From Anaerolineae bacterium (lineage in GTDB: Bacteria > Chloroflexota > Anaerolineae > Epilineales > Epilineaceae), in the NCBI GenBank assembly GCA_029262755.1, contig JAJCYU010000060.1, positions 1 through 55,340 of the forward strand: a stretch of 55,340 bases of DNA, read 5' to 3'. The position numbers and the translations under genes are program-made. Below are positions 27,023-35,377 of the stretch, piece by piece (the stretch's first letter is position 1; each line of letters begins with the position of its first letter). Under the pieces are notes generated by a model, which did no database searches, was not told the DNA's origin, and saw only the letters and a list, made by a program, of their open reading frames with translations.

Positions 27023-27630
27023 CGAATTCCACGCCGGAATCGAGCCCGCACGATCGACGCCCCGTAGCTGACGGGAGCGCGAAGGATGCTACGACCCGCG
27101 CCGAGCAACCGAAGGCTTCCCAAGCGGTTGCCTTTGGTATGCGGGGGTCGGTGCCGTATTTCGCGGTGGCCGGCGTGATCATCGCGTTGGACCAGGTGAC
27201 CAAGGCTGTGGTCCGCGGCCAACTCGGCCACGGCGAGCGCTGGCCCGCCGGTGAGCCGCTGTTGGGTGTGTTTCGGTTCACGCACGTGCACAACACGGGC
27301 ATGGCCTTTGGTCTTGGCAAGGGGCAGGGTTGGCTGTTCTTGCTTTTGGCGTTAGTCATCGTCGCGGGACTGACGATCGGGCAAACGCGACTCGATCCGA
27401 AGGATTGGTCGCAGCGGGCCATCTTGGGGCTCCTGGCAGGCGGCGCCGTGGGCAACGCGATCGATCGAATGCGGTTGGGCCACGTGACCGACTTCTTCGA
27501 TTTCTTAGTCTGGCCGGTGTTCAACATCGCAGATTCCGCCATCTCGGTCGGCGTGGTCTTGTTGGCCATCCACCTTTGGCGCGAAGAGCGCGCGCTCGCG
27601 GCCGCCCAGGCAGATCCCGTGCACCTGTGA
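27019..27630 (+). CDS. lspA: Lipoprotein signal peptidase (signal peptidase II)
   Basis: 203 aa. DQVTKAVV, FRFTHVHNTGMAFGL, GGAVGNAIDRMRLGHVTDFFDF and FNIADSAISVGVVLL are the conserved LspA boxes, including both catalytic Asp. The start overlaps the upstream stop (ATGA). Confidence 0.9.
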   Translation: MTNSTPESSPHDRRPVADGSAKDATTRAEQPKASQAVAFGMRGSVPYFAVAGVIIALDQVTKAVVRGQLGHGERWPAGEPLLGVFRFTHVHNTGMAFGLGKGQGWLFLLLALVIVAGLTIGQTRLDPKDWSQRAILGLLAGGAVGNAIDRMRLGHVTDFFDFLVWPVFNIADSAISVGVVLLAIHLWREERALAAAQADPVHL

Positions 27631-28652
27631 GCGAAACAGCAACCACGTTCCGCTTCGAGATCGGACCCGACGATGCGAGCTCGCGGCTCGACCATGCGCT
27701 CGTCAAACTGTTGGCCGGCACATCGCGCGACACGTCGCGGGCGCAGATCAAGCAGTGGATTCAGTCCGGGTGCGTGACCGTGGACGGACGGGCGGCGACA
27801 CGGGCTTCCGGTCGGGTGCCTGCGCACGCGATCGTGATCGTGAGCCCGCCACGCATCGCGGAGTTCGAGACCGCGGCCCGCTCCGACATCGTGCTACGGA
27901 TCCTCCATGACGACCCATCGATCATCGTCGTAGACAAGCCTTCCGGCCTCGTGGTTCACCCGGCGGCGGGGCATCGCGATGACACGCTGGTCAATGCCCT
28001 GGTCGCCCGCTATCCCGACATAGTGCCTGCGTTCGCCGCGGCCGAGGGATCGGACGATGCGACGGGTGAGGCCGAGCGCGCCGCGAGCCGCCCGGGTATC
28101 GTGCACCGTTTGGACCGGGATACATCGGGGGTCATGGTGATCGCGCGTACACCGGAGGCGTTGCGCTCGTTGATCGCACAGTTCAAGGTGCGGTCCGTGC
28201 GCAAGACCTATATCGCGATAACGCGTGGGGTGATCAAACCGCCTGCAGGCTTGATCGACGGGCCTGTCGGACGCGATCCGCGGCACAGGCAACGCATGGC
28301 GGTCCTGCCGGGCGGCAAGGCTGCGCGGACGCGCTATCGCGTGCTCGATGCAACCGACAATCACGCCTTGGTGCTGCTCCATCCGGAAACGGGCCGCACG
28401 CACCAGATTCGCGTCCATCTGCGGGCCATGCACGCGCCCGTAGCGGGCGATCTCGTGTATGGCGGGCGCGATCCACGCGCGTCCCGGCTGGCGCTGCACG
28501 CCTGGCGGCTCGCGTTCGACCATCCGCTCACCGGTGAACGCGCGCGCTTCGAAGCCGCGCCGCCCGGCGATTGGCTCGCCGCAGCGGAGGAATCGGGCCT
28601 CGCGGTAAATCTGCTACCGGACGAATGGGACGCGCAAGCTACTCCGCGGTGA
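27627..28652 (+). CDS. rluD: 23S rRNA pseudouridine synthase, RluA/RluD family
   Basis: GTG 27627 overlaps the lspA TGA (GTGA). The track start 27330 is an upstream extension inside lspA. S4 domain: RLDHALVKLL...SRAQIKQWIQSGCVTVDGR. Catalytic motif: HRLDRDTSGVMVIA. Also QIRVHL. Confidence 0.9.
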   Translation: MSETATTFRFEIGPDDASSRLDHALVKLLAGTSRDTSRAQIKQWIQSGCVTVDGRAATRASGRVPAHAIVIVSPPRIAEFETAARSDIVLRILHDDPSIIVVDKPSGLVVHPAAGHRDDTLVNALVARYPDIVPAFAAAEGSDDATGEAERAASRPGIVHRLDRDTSGVMVIARTPEALRSLIAQFKVRSVRKTYIAITRGVIKPPAGLIDGPVGRDPRHRQRMAVLPGGKAARTRYRVLDATDNHALVLLHPETGRTHQIRVHLRAMHAPVAGDLVYGGRDPRASRLALHAWRLAFDHPLTGERARFEAAPPGDWLAAAEESGLAVNLLPDEWDAQATPR

Positions 28653-28656
28653 CGAA

Positions 28657-28839
28657 CTACTCGACGGTGAGCTGCTGCGCCTCGTCGGTGGAGTCGTCGC
28701 CGGTGTCTGCGGCCTTTCGGAACTCACGAATTCCGCTACCCATGGCGCCGCCGATCTCACCGAGCTTCCCAGCCCCGAAGATGATCAGGACGATCACCAA
28801 GATGATGATCAGCTCTGGCATGCCAACCGATCCCAACAT
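28657..28839 (-). CDS. tatA: Twin-arginine translocase subunit TatA/E
   Basis: 60 aa from ATG 28839 (GAGAGG upstream). [43 protein letters not shown] is the canonical TatA TM plus amphipathic helix. The track ORF to 29007 is an N-terminal over-extension. Confidence 0.85.
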   Translation of the reverse strand: MLGSVGMPELIIILVIVLIIFGAGKLGEIGGAMGSGIREFRKAADTGDDSTDEAQQLTVE

Positions 28840-29000
28840 GGTCTCTCGCCTCTCATTGGCCGGCCGCGCCCGGCGCGTGGAGAATCGCGGTCGCCGGGTT
28901 GAAGGCCGCGGCGTATCCTCGCTACCATGGCGAGTATAGCAGGCAGCCACGAGCGCCGTGTACAAGCGCGCTGCGCTGCGGAAACCCGCCCCAAAAGATC

Positions 29001-29029
29001 TTGACATGGTTGGCGCCCCTGATTATCAT
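29001..29029 (+). promoter_or_regulatory. Near-consensus sigma70-type promoter for tRNA-Lys
   Basis: TTGACA (29001-29006), 17 nt spacer, TATCAT (29024-29029). The predicted start is a few nt before the tRNA 5' end at 29041. Confidence 0.55.
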
Positions 29030-29040
29030 GCGCGGCTCAT

Positions 29041-29113
29041 GCCGGTGTAGCTCAATTGGGAGAGCAGCGGACTCTTAATCCGTTGGTTGTGGGTTCGAGT
29101 CCCTCCACCGGTA
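29041..29113 (+). tRNA. tRNA-Lys (anticodon CTT)
   Basis: Manual cloverleaf: acceptor GCCGGTG/CACCGGT, D arm GCTC-AATTGGGA-GAGC, anticodon arm GCGGA-CTCTTAA-TCCGT (CTT), variable TGGTT, T arm GTGGG-TTCGAGT-CCCTC, discriminator A. CCA is not encoded. It contains G1-U72 and U50-U64 non-Watson-Crick pairs. Confidence 0.8.
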
Positions 29114-29236
29114 CTAGGTCGGGCGCGCAAGCCCGAGACATATGCCGACCCCTTCCGTGATGGAAGGGGTCGCTTTCGTTCATTGGGAATGCTCGCGGGA
29201 GAACCCGCGAACAACAATGTAGATGGGAGGACGGTC

Positions 29237-30097
29237 ATGCCATCGGGGACCGACAGCCAAGACCGGCCCACGCAAGAACTGACCGAAGGTGCCGCACAGG
29301 AACGTGCCTGGTTCGACGCGAATCGCAGGATGTGGGATGAGCGTGTCCCCATCCATGTCGAGGGCAGCTTCTACGACGTTCAGGGCTTTGTTGCCGGAGA
29401 GACCACCCTTCGCCCTTTCGAGCTCGAAGACGTAGGCGATGTCACTGGCCGCAGCTTGGTGCACCTCCAATGCCATTTCGGCCTCGACACACTGTCCTGG
29501 GCTCGACGAGGCGCACTCGTGACTGGGCTTGATTTCTCCGCGCCGGCCGTGCTGACGGCGCGAGGTTTGGCCGCACGTACGGGACTGCCCGCGACGTTTG
29601 CGCATGCGGATGTCTATGACGCACCCGTGGTGCTGGCCCAACGCTACGACATCGTGTACACGGGTTTGGGCGCCCTGTGCTGGCTACCCGATCTCGAGCG
29701 TTGGGCGGACACGATCGACGCGCTCACCAAACCGGGCGGCATGGTCTATGTCGCGGAGTTCCATCCGTTGACCGACGCACTGGCCGACGACGAGTTGCGC
29801 TTCGAACGGGACTATTTCTCTGGCGAAGCACATCGGTGGGAGGAACCCGGCACCTATGCCGATCTCGATGCGGAGACCACCGCCAACCTCAGCTTCGAGT
29901 GGATTCACCCCGTCAGCCACGTCCTCGACGCGCTGGCGCGCAGAGGGCTTCACATGGAACGCTTCCGCGAGCACGACTACACGCTGTTCCCTCGCTGGTC
30001 GTTCCTTGAGAAGAGTGCTCGCGACGCGTGGCGTCTGCCCAACGACATGCCGCGCGTGCCCCTCATGTATTCCGTGCGTTTCCGCAAGCCCTCTTGA
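29237..30097 (+). CDS. Class I SAM-dependent methyltransferase
   Basis: ATG 29237 with GGGAGG upstream. The track start 29087 lies inside the tRNA. LVHLQCHFGLDTLSWARRGALVTGLDFSAPAV (motif I / post-I) and DIVYTGLGALCWLPDLERWADTIDALTKPGGMVYVAEFHP are typical of the Methyltransf_11/23 type. Confidence 0.8.
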   Translation: MPSGTDSQDRPTQELTEGAAQERAWFDANRRMWDERVPIHVEGSFYDVQGFVAGETTLRPFELEDVGDVTGRSLVHLQCHFGLDTLSWARRGALVTGLDFSAPAVLTARGLAARTGLPATFAHADVYDAPVVLAQRYDIVYTGLGALCWLPDLERWADTIDALTKPGGMVYVAEFHPLTDALADDELRFERDYFSGEAHRWEEPGTYADLDAETTANLSFEWIHPVSHVLDALARRGLHMERFREHDYTLFPRWSFLEKSARDAWRLPNDMPRVPLMYSVRFRKPS

Positions 30098-30187
30098 CGC
30101 GTCCTTCCCTGTAGCCCCTGTAGCAGGCTGACAGCGCCGAAATCCATGCGCGTTTCACATGGTCGACAACCATGCCGGATAGGCGTG

Positions 30188-30215
30188 TTGTACGCCACGC
30201 GCGACCGTGTACAAT
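30188..30215 (+). promoter_or_regulatory. Candidate promoter (extended -10) for tandem-VWA gene 30263..32257
   Basis: TTGTAC (30188-30193), 16 nt spacer including TG, TACAAT (30210-30215; TGTACAAT). GGAGG SD lies before ATG 30263. Confidence 0.4.
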
Positions 30216-30262
30216 GCAAGGGTACGTGCGCTTCCTTTAACAGGGATTTGGAGGCGACGAGG

Positions 30263-32257
30263 ATGCGCCACATCCGACTGCTGAAGAGACAATCCACCCT
30301 TATCGTCGCCGCCTTCGCGGTCGCGGCGAGTTGTGTGCTGGTTGGCGGTTCCGACGTACTGGGCCAGAGATCGGCGCCAAGCGCAGGCCTCTCGGTTCAA
30401 CAAGAGCGCGGTAGCTGCAGCGATGCTCACCCCGATAGCTCTCCCGACGCGCTCACCGACGCCCTCTACTCGTCTCGGACCGTGAGCCCGGAGGCGATTC
30501 TAGGCTGCGAGCGCGCGACCATCACCGTAACGCTCGGCGCCCGATGCGAGGTCGCGGACCTGCACGTCGTGGTGAGCTTCGATCACTCGCAATCGATGGC
30601 CGATGGCAATGCCCTTAAGCGCGCAAAGGAAGGCGTAAGGGATCTTCTGCAAGAACTCGACATCGATTCCTATCCGGGCACGCGTGTCGGCTTGGTCACC
30701 CACGGCGCGCAAGCGTCTTCGGTGGATCTCTCCGACAAAGCCGGCGCGATAAGCAGCCGGGTTCTAAACCTTAAAGCCGCCGGGAATGAGGACGTCGCCG
30801 GGTCGATCGACGAAGCCAGCAAGATGTTCGTGCGCACACCGGTGGGAAGCGGCGTTCCGCCGCGGCGGGTGATTGTGGTGTTCACGGATGGCGTGAGTGA
30901 TCCCAACCAGAAGGGACCAGCGATTGGGGCTGCGCGCAAAGCCCATAGTCAGGGTGTAGAGGTCATCTCGGTTTGCTTCGAAAATGGCTATTTCAGTTGT
31001 CCATGGACGAAAGATCTTGCAAGTGCGAGTCGTTTGAGCATGACGAACAAGGGCGACCGAGGCATGAACAGGGCGTTCCGCACCGTGTTCGACGACCTTA
31101 GGACTACGGGTATCGTGAGCTTGAGCCTTGCCGACATTCTGCCGGTCGGGCTCTCCTACGTAGAGGACTCAGCCAAGCCCTCGTTGCAGGCAGGATCGAA
31201 CATCGAAGAACGCACGCTCGCGTGGCGGGAAAACGACAACAAGAGGCGGTACCGCCAGCCGCGCGTCATCTCGCGCACATTGCAATACGAGGTCGAGCCG
31301 ACGGATCCGCTGACGACAACCGTTCGCAGCTACGTTATCTCGCAGAGTTCCGGCACGTTCGAAGACAATCGTGGCTTCGGCGGCCCGTGGCGGGTGCCCA
31401 CGAGTACGCTGCGCGTGCTCGGCCCGTGCCCGCTGCGCATCGAGCCGACCCCGCCACCCCGCACCCCGCCTGTGCCGCCTTCGCCGCCCGACGAACCGTC
31501 GCCGACGCCGACACCGGCATGGACACCACCGGCGGGCTTGATCGACCCTCCGCGCAACGTGCAACCCTGGCCGGTCGTACCGGCGCCGAGCACGGTGTAC
31601 TTGCCCATTCTGGACCTGGAATACTGTCGGGACCGGCGCGTTCCGGTCGATACCGTCCTGCTGATCGATGTCTCGGAGTCGATGCGCGGTGCGAAGCTGG
31701 ATGCTGCCAAGAAGGGAGCGACGCTCTTCGTCAACAGCATGCGCAGCCAAGATCGGACCGCACTCATCACCTTTGCGGACGACGCGCGCAGTGCATCGAC
31801 TCATTTGCGCAGCTACGAGCAAACGTCGACCTTGCGACGCGACATTCGGGACATGCAGCTGCGAAACGGTACCAACATCGCGGGGGCGCTCACGGCGGCA
31901 ACCGAACTCCTCGACCGCGAGGCCCGGACGGGTCGCTCGCGACAGCCCGTTATCGTGCTGCTCACCGACGGAGATGATCTAGACCCATCGCGCCAAACGG
32001 CCGCGTTGACGATTGCGAAGAGCTTCGTCCAAGAACGCCAGGCCGGCTATCGGATGTTCGGACGCTTGTTCACCGTTGCGGTCGGCCCGAACGCGAACCG
32101 CTCGTTCTTGGCGGAACTTTCGTGGGATCCCGCCGACGCATTGGTCTACGAGTTCCCGCTGGGCGACGGGCCGAACCGAGGCAAGCAGCTCGTCGAAGCC
32201 TTCGAACGGATCGCCGGCGCCCTGCCCTGTCCGATCGCGCCCGCTGACCTACCCTGA
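30263..32257 (+). CDS. Secreted tandem-VWA protein (paralog family)
   Basis: ATG 30263 (GGAGGCGACGAGG upstream). Signal peptide: MRHIRLLKRQSTLIVAAFAVAASCVLVGG. TVSPEAILGCERATITVTLGARC precedes VWA 1 (VVSFDHSQSM ... VFTDG). DUF11-like strands: LADILPVGLSYVEDS...RTLAWREN. A P-rich linker and VYLPILDLEYC precede VWA 2 (LLIDVSESM ... LLTDGDD). The protein ends ...GALPCPIAPADLP. Confidence 0.85.
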   Translation: MRHIRLLKRQSTLIVAAFAVAASCVLVGGSDVLGQRSAPSAGLSVQQERGSCSDAHPDSSPDALTDALYSSRTVSPEAILGCERATITVTLGARCEVADLHVVVSFDHSQSMADGNALKRAKEGVRDLLQELDIDSYPGTRVGLVTHGAQASSVDLSDKAGAISSRVLNLKAAGNEDVAGSIDEASKMFVRTPVGSGVPPRRVIVVFTDGVSDPNQKGPAIGAARKAHSQGVEVISVCFENGYFSCPWTKDLASASRLSMTNKGDRGMNRAFRTVFDDLRTTGIVSLSLADILPVGLSYVEDSAKPSLQAGSNIEERTLAWRENDNKRRYRQPRVISRTLQYEVEPTDPLTTTVRSYVISQSSGTFEDNRGFGGPWRVPTSTLRVLGPCPLRIEPTPPPRTPPVPPSPPDEPSPTPTPAWTPPAGLIDPPRNVQPWPVVPAPSTVYLPILDLEYCRDRRVPVDTVLLIDVSESMRGAKLDAAKKGATLFVNSMRSQDRTALITFADDARSASTHLRSYEQTSTLRRDIRDMQLRNGTNIAGALTAATELLDREARTGRSRQPVIVLLTDGDDLDPSRQTAALTIAKSFVQERQAGYRMFGRLFTVAVGPNANRSFLAELSWDPADALVYEFPLGDGPNRGKQLVEAFERIAGALPCPIAPADLP

Positions 32258-32307
32258 TCGCCGCCGCGATATTGCCGTCGATCGTCCCGCACCGATAAAG
32301 GCATCCC

Positions 32308-33222
32308 GTGACATCTCCCCAAGCGCAAGCCAACCTGCTCGTGGTCCTGAACAAGGACGAGGACACGGTCACCGTGTACGACGAACGCGCCATGCTCGCG
32401 TTGGCCACGATCGAGGTGGAGCACAACCCCCACGAAGTCGCGATCACGCCCGACGGCGAGAAGGCCTTTGTCGCCAACGCGGGCTCCAACAGCGTGTCGG
32501 TGCTGGATCTAGGCGCGCTCGATGTCACGCATACGATCCGCCATCCGGCGTTTCGCTTTCCGCATGAGGGCAAGATCACGGCGGACGGTCGGCTCATTCT
32601 CGCCAGCACCTACGCTGACTCCGTGTTCATCATCGACGTCGAAAGCTACGCCGTGCGCACGGTGTTGCCGGCCAAGCGCATGAGCCATATGGTCGCGCTC
32701 GCGCCGGATGAGAAGCGCGCATACGTCAGCAATATCGGCGCAAATTCCTACTCGATCCTCGACCTTGACCGTGAGGCATGGGTGGCCCATCCGCCGGTCG
32801 GACGACGACCGGAAGGCATCGGGGTCAGCCCGGACGGCGCGTGGCTGTACGTGGCGAACCAACAGGACGATCTGGTCTATGTGATCGAGATCGCAACCGG
32901 TTCCTTGGAGGCAAGCATCAGCACCGCCCGTGTGCCCATCCGGGTCGCCTTCGCACCGGATGGCAGCCATGCCTACGTACCCAATCGCGAAGGCGACTGC
33001 CTGTCGGTGATCGACACGAGTACCCGTCGAGAGATCAAGCGCGTGCCAACGGGTATCTGGCCGGGCGGCACCGTCGCCAGCGCCGAAGGTGACCGCATCT
33101 ACGTCGCAAACAACAAGACCAACGACATTTCCGTGATCGATGCGGAGAGCCTGACCGAGCTACGCCGCATCAGCGCCGGCGTTCACCCGGACGGGATTGC
33201 GCTAGCCAGACGCAAGGCCTGA
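32308..33222 (+). CDS. YVTN-family beta-propeller repeat protein
   Basis: 304 aa with a GTG start. It contains repeated ~40-aa blades of the form PxGxAxxPDGxxxYVANxxxxxVSVID (e.g. PHEVAITPDGEKAFVANAGSNSVSVLDL; PEGIGVSPDGAWLYVANQQDDLVYVIEI; PGGTVASAEGDRIYVANNKTNDISVIDA). No signal peptide is visible. Confidence 0.8.
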   Translation: MTSPQAQANLLVVLNKDEDTVTVYDERAMLALATIEVEHNPHEVAITPDGEKAFVANAGSNSVSVLDLGALDVTHTIRHPAFRFPHEGKITADGRLILASTYADSVFIIDVESYAVRTVLPAKRMSHMVALAPDEKRAYVSNIGANSYSILDLDREAWVAHPPVGRRPEGIGVSPDGAWLYVANQQDDLVYVIEIATGSLEASISTARVPIRVAFAPDGSHAYVPNREGDCLSVIDTSTRREIKRVPTGIWPGGTVASAEGDRIYVANNKTNDISVIDAESLTELRRISAGVHPDGIALARRKA

Positions 33223-33353
33223 GCAGGCAACGTGCGCCCTGAAATCGTCCGGACGACACCTTCGCACGCGCCCCGCGGGGGACGTGATTCGCAGTAGTTC
33301 GGGGTCGACCGTTCGCGGCGAGCCCCTCACGACCGTTCCGCTACGACCCACCC

Positions 33354-34334
33354 TCAGCGCGCTGAGGCCTCTTCGGCCGACGCATCGGGCAGCCCTTCGA
33401 GCGCACGCACGCTAGCCGCGACGCCCTCCGCTAGGCCGTGTAGGTCGTAGCCGCCTTCCAGCACGAGCGCGACGCGACCTTCCGCGTGATCGGCCGCCAG
33501 CTGCGCCAGCCTTGTGGTCGCCGCGTGGAAGCCGGCACCCGTGTAGCGCAGCCAGGCCAGCGGGTCGCGCTCGTGGCCGTCGTAGCCGGCCGACACGAGC
33601 ACGAGCTCCGGATCGTGCGCCCGAAGCGCCGGCAGCACGTGTTCGTCGAGCGCAGCGAGCAACGCCTCGTCACCGGCGCCGGGGGGCAGCGGTACGTTCA
33701 GCGTGGTTCCTAGCCCCGCGCCTGCACCCCGATCCCTGGCCGCGCCCGTACCGGGATAGATGCCGGCCTGATGGATCGAGGCGTAGAACACCGTTGCATC
33801 CTCGCGAAACACGGCCTCGGTCCCGTTGCCGTGATGCACGTCGAAATCGACGATGGCGACGCGACCGACCCCGCGCGCCTGCGCGTGGCGAGCAGCGATC
33901 GCGGCGTTGGCCAGCAGGCAGAAGCCCATCGGGCGCTCGGGTTCCGCGTGATGACCGGGTGGTCGAACCAGGGCAAAGCCCCAGCGAGCGCCATCCAACA
34001 CTGAATCGACTACCGCACAAACCGCGCCCGCTGCCCGTTGCGCGGCCGCCCATGAGCCGGGCGTGACGTAGGTCGGGGCCGGATCGACAAGGCCAGGGCC
34101 ACGGGCGCAGGCCGCCGCTAGAGAATCCGCATACCCGGGCACGTGGCAGCGCGCGATCGCGTCCTCGTGCACCGGTCCTGGATCTAGGAGACGCCAAGTC
34201 GGCGTCGCGGCATCACGCCGCGCGAGGACGTCGGTCAGTGCGCCGTAAGCGGCCGGCACGCGCTCCGGTCGCTCCGGGTGCCCTTCGGATTCGTGCTCCG
34301 GCGAGGCGACTACCGCCACCACCGGCATGCTCAC
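33354..34334 (-). CDS. Histone deacetylase-family (class II HDAC/AcuC-like) Zn-dependent deacetylase
   Basis: 326 aa. VRPPGHHAE, GFCLLANAAIAARHA, VAIVDFDVHHGNGTEAVF, SIHQAGIYPGTG and VSAGYDGHERDPL are the canonical HDAC catalytic and Zn-binding motifs. Confidence 0.9.
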   Translation of the reverse strand: MSMPVVAVVASPEHESEGHPERPERVPAAYGALTDVLARRDAATPTWRLLDPGPVHEDAIARCHVPGYADSLAAACARGPGLVDPAPTYVTPGSWAAAQRAAGAVCAVVDSVLDGARWGFALVRPPGHHAEPERPMGFCLLANAAIAARHAQARGVGRVAIVDFDVHHGNGTEAVFREDATVFYASIHQAGIYPGTGAARDRGAGAGLGTTLNVPLPPGAGDEALLAALDEHVLPALRAHDPELVLVSAGYDGHERDPLAWLRYTGAGFHAATTRLAQLAADHAEGRVALVLEGGYDLHGLAEGVAASVRALEGLPDASAEEASAR

Positions 34335-35266
34335 GGGGTGGGCGTGGTGGGCGCGGTGCTTCGCAGCGCACGCAGGCGTTCGAACAACGCACGCTCCTCC
34401 GGATCGAGCGTCTCGGGCAACTGGACCTGCACTCTGGCCAATATGTCTCCGCGGGCGCCCGCCTTCTTCGCGTCCGGCAGACCGCGACCCGCCAGGCGGA
34501 ACACGCGGCCATTCGCGGTGCCGGCCGGCACGCTCAGCGAGACCGGGCCCTCCGGCGTATCGACGCTGACCTCGCCGCCGAGAACGGCATCCAGGACGTC
34601 GACCCGCGCATCGACGCGCAGATCGGAGCCCGATACGCGGAAGCGCGCATCGGCTTCGAGCTTCACGACCAGGTAGAGGTCCGCGCCTCCGGGCGCCGCT
34701 CCCCGGACTCGCACGCGTGATCCTTCTCCCACGCCGGCGGGAATCGTCACCTCTAGGCTACGACCGCCGCCGCGCACGGTCCGCTTGGCGCCGCGAATCG
34801 ACTCCAAGAGGCTGACCTGGACGGGCTGCTCGTGCCGTGTCGGCCGACGCGCCGTCTGCGTGCGCGGCTGGGGTGCGCGCCGCGTGTTTCCGTGGCCTGC
34901 AGCGCCCCCGAAGAGCGTTTCGAAGATATCACCGAGACCTTCGCCGAGGATCTCCTCGAGGTCGGGAACGTTCCCGCCACCGGCACCGCCGCCCGGCCAA
35001 CCGGCTCCGCCCATGCCGCCTGGAACGCCGCGCGCTCCGCGGCCAACGCCGGCGTGGCCGAAGCGGTCGTAACGAGCCCTCATCTTCGGATCCGACAAGA
35101 TCTGGTAGGCCTCCGTGACTTCCTTGAAGCGGTCCTCCGCCTTGGGGTCGTCCGGATTGACGTCCGGGTGCATCACGCGCGCCTTCGCACGATAGGCCTT
35201 GCGAATCGCGGCGTCATCCGCCCCGCGAGGTACGCCTAAGATGTCGTAGTAGTCTCGGTCCGCCAC
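34331..35266 (-). CDS. J-domain co-chaperone, class II (CbpA/DnaJ-like, no zinc-finger domain)
   Basis: GTG 35266 with AAGGAGG 5 nt upstream. The track ORF to 36160 is an over-extension antisense to the kinase gene. J domain: DYYDILGVPRGADDAAIRKAYRAKARVMHPDVNPDDPKAEDRFKEVTEAYQILSD (HPD present). A Gly-rich region follows and no CxxCxGxG is present. C-terminal substrate-binding beta domains are present. The stop overlaps the HDAC start by 4 nt. Confidence 0.85.
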   Translation of the reverse strand: MADRDYYDILGVPRGADDAAIRKAYRAKARVMHPDVNPDDPKAEDRFKEVTEAYQILSDPKMRARYDRFGHAGVGRGARGVPGGMGGAGWPGGGAGGGNVPDLEEILGEGLGDIFETLFGGAAGHGNTRRAPQPRTQTARRPTRHEQPVQVSLLESIRGAKRTVRGGGRSLEVTIPAGVGEGSRVRVRGAAPGGADLYLVVKLEADARFRVSGSDLRVDARVDVLDAVLGGEVSVDTPEGPVSLSVPAGTANGRVFRLAGRGLPDAKKAGARGDILARVQVQLPETLDPEERALFERLRALRSTAPTTPTP

Positions 35267-35377
35267 CTGCCCCTCCTTGGTCGCGCTCCATGATAGCGTC
35301 GTCGACTGCCGCCGCCTGCTCTGATCCATCCTTGGGAGGGCTGGTTCCCGAGGCTCGCCGAGGGCTATCATTCCGCC

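Noticed and set aside
27330-27626. 99-codon upstream extension of rluD (track start 27330).
   Set aside because: It lies entirely inside lspA in another frame and is Arg/Gly-rich. A GTG at 27627 overlapping the lspA stop gives a normal S4-domain N-terminus.
29026-29352. Minus ORF 29026..29352 and the track start 29087 of the methyltransferase ORF.
   Set aside because: Both overlap the tRNA-Lys gene. The methyltransferase has a proper GGGAGG + ATG at 29237.
29041-32257. Genomic island integrated at tRNA-Lys (tRNA followed by a methyltransferase and a compositionally odd VWA gene).
   Set aside because: There is no integrase or recombinase, and I found no direct repeat of the tRNA 3' end downstream. 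The neighbours on both sides are housekeeping genes.
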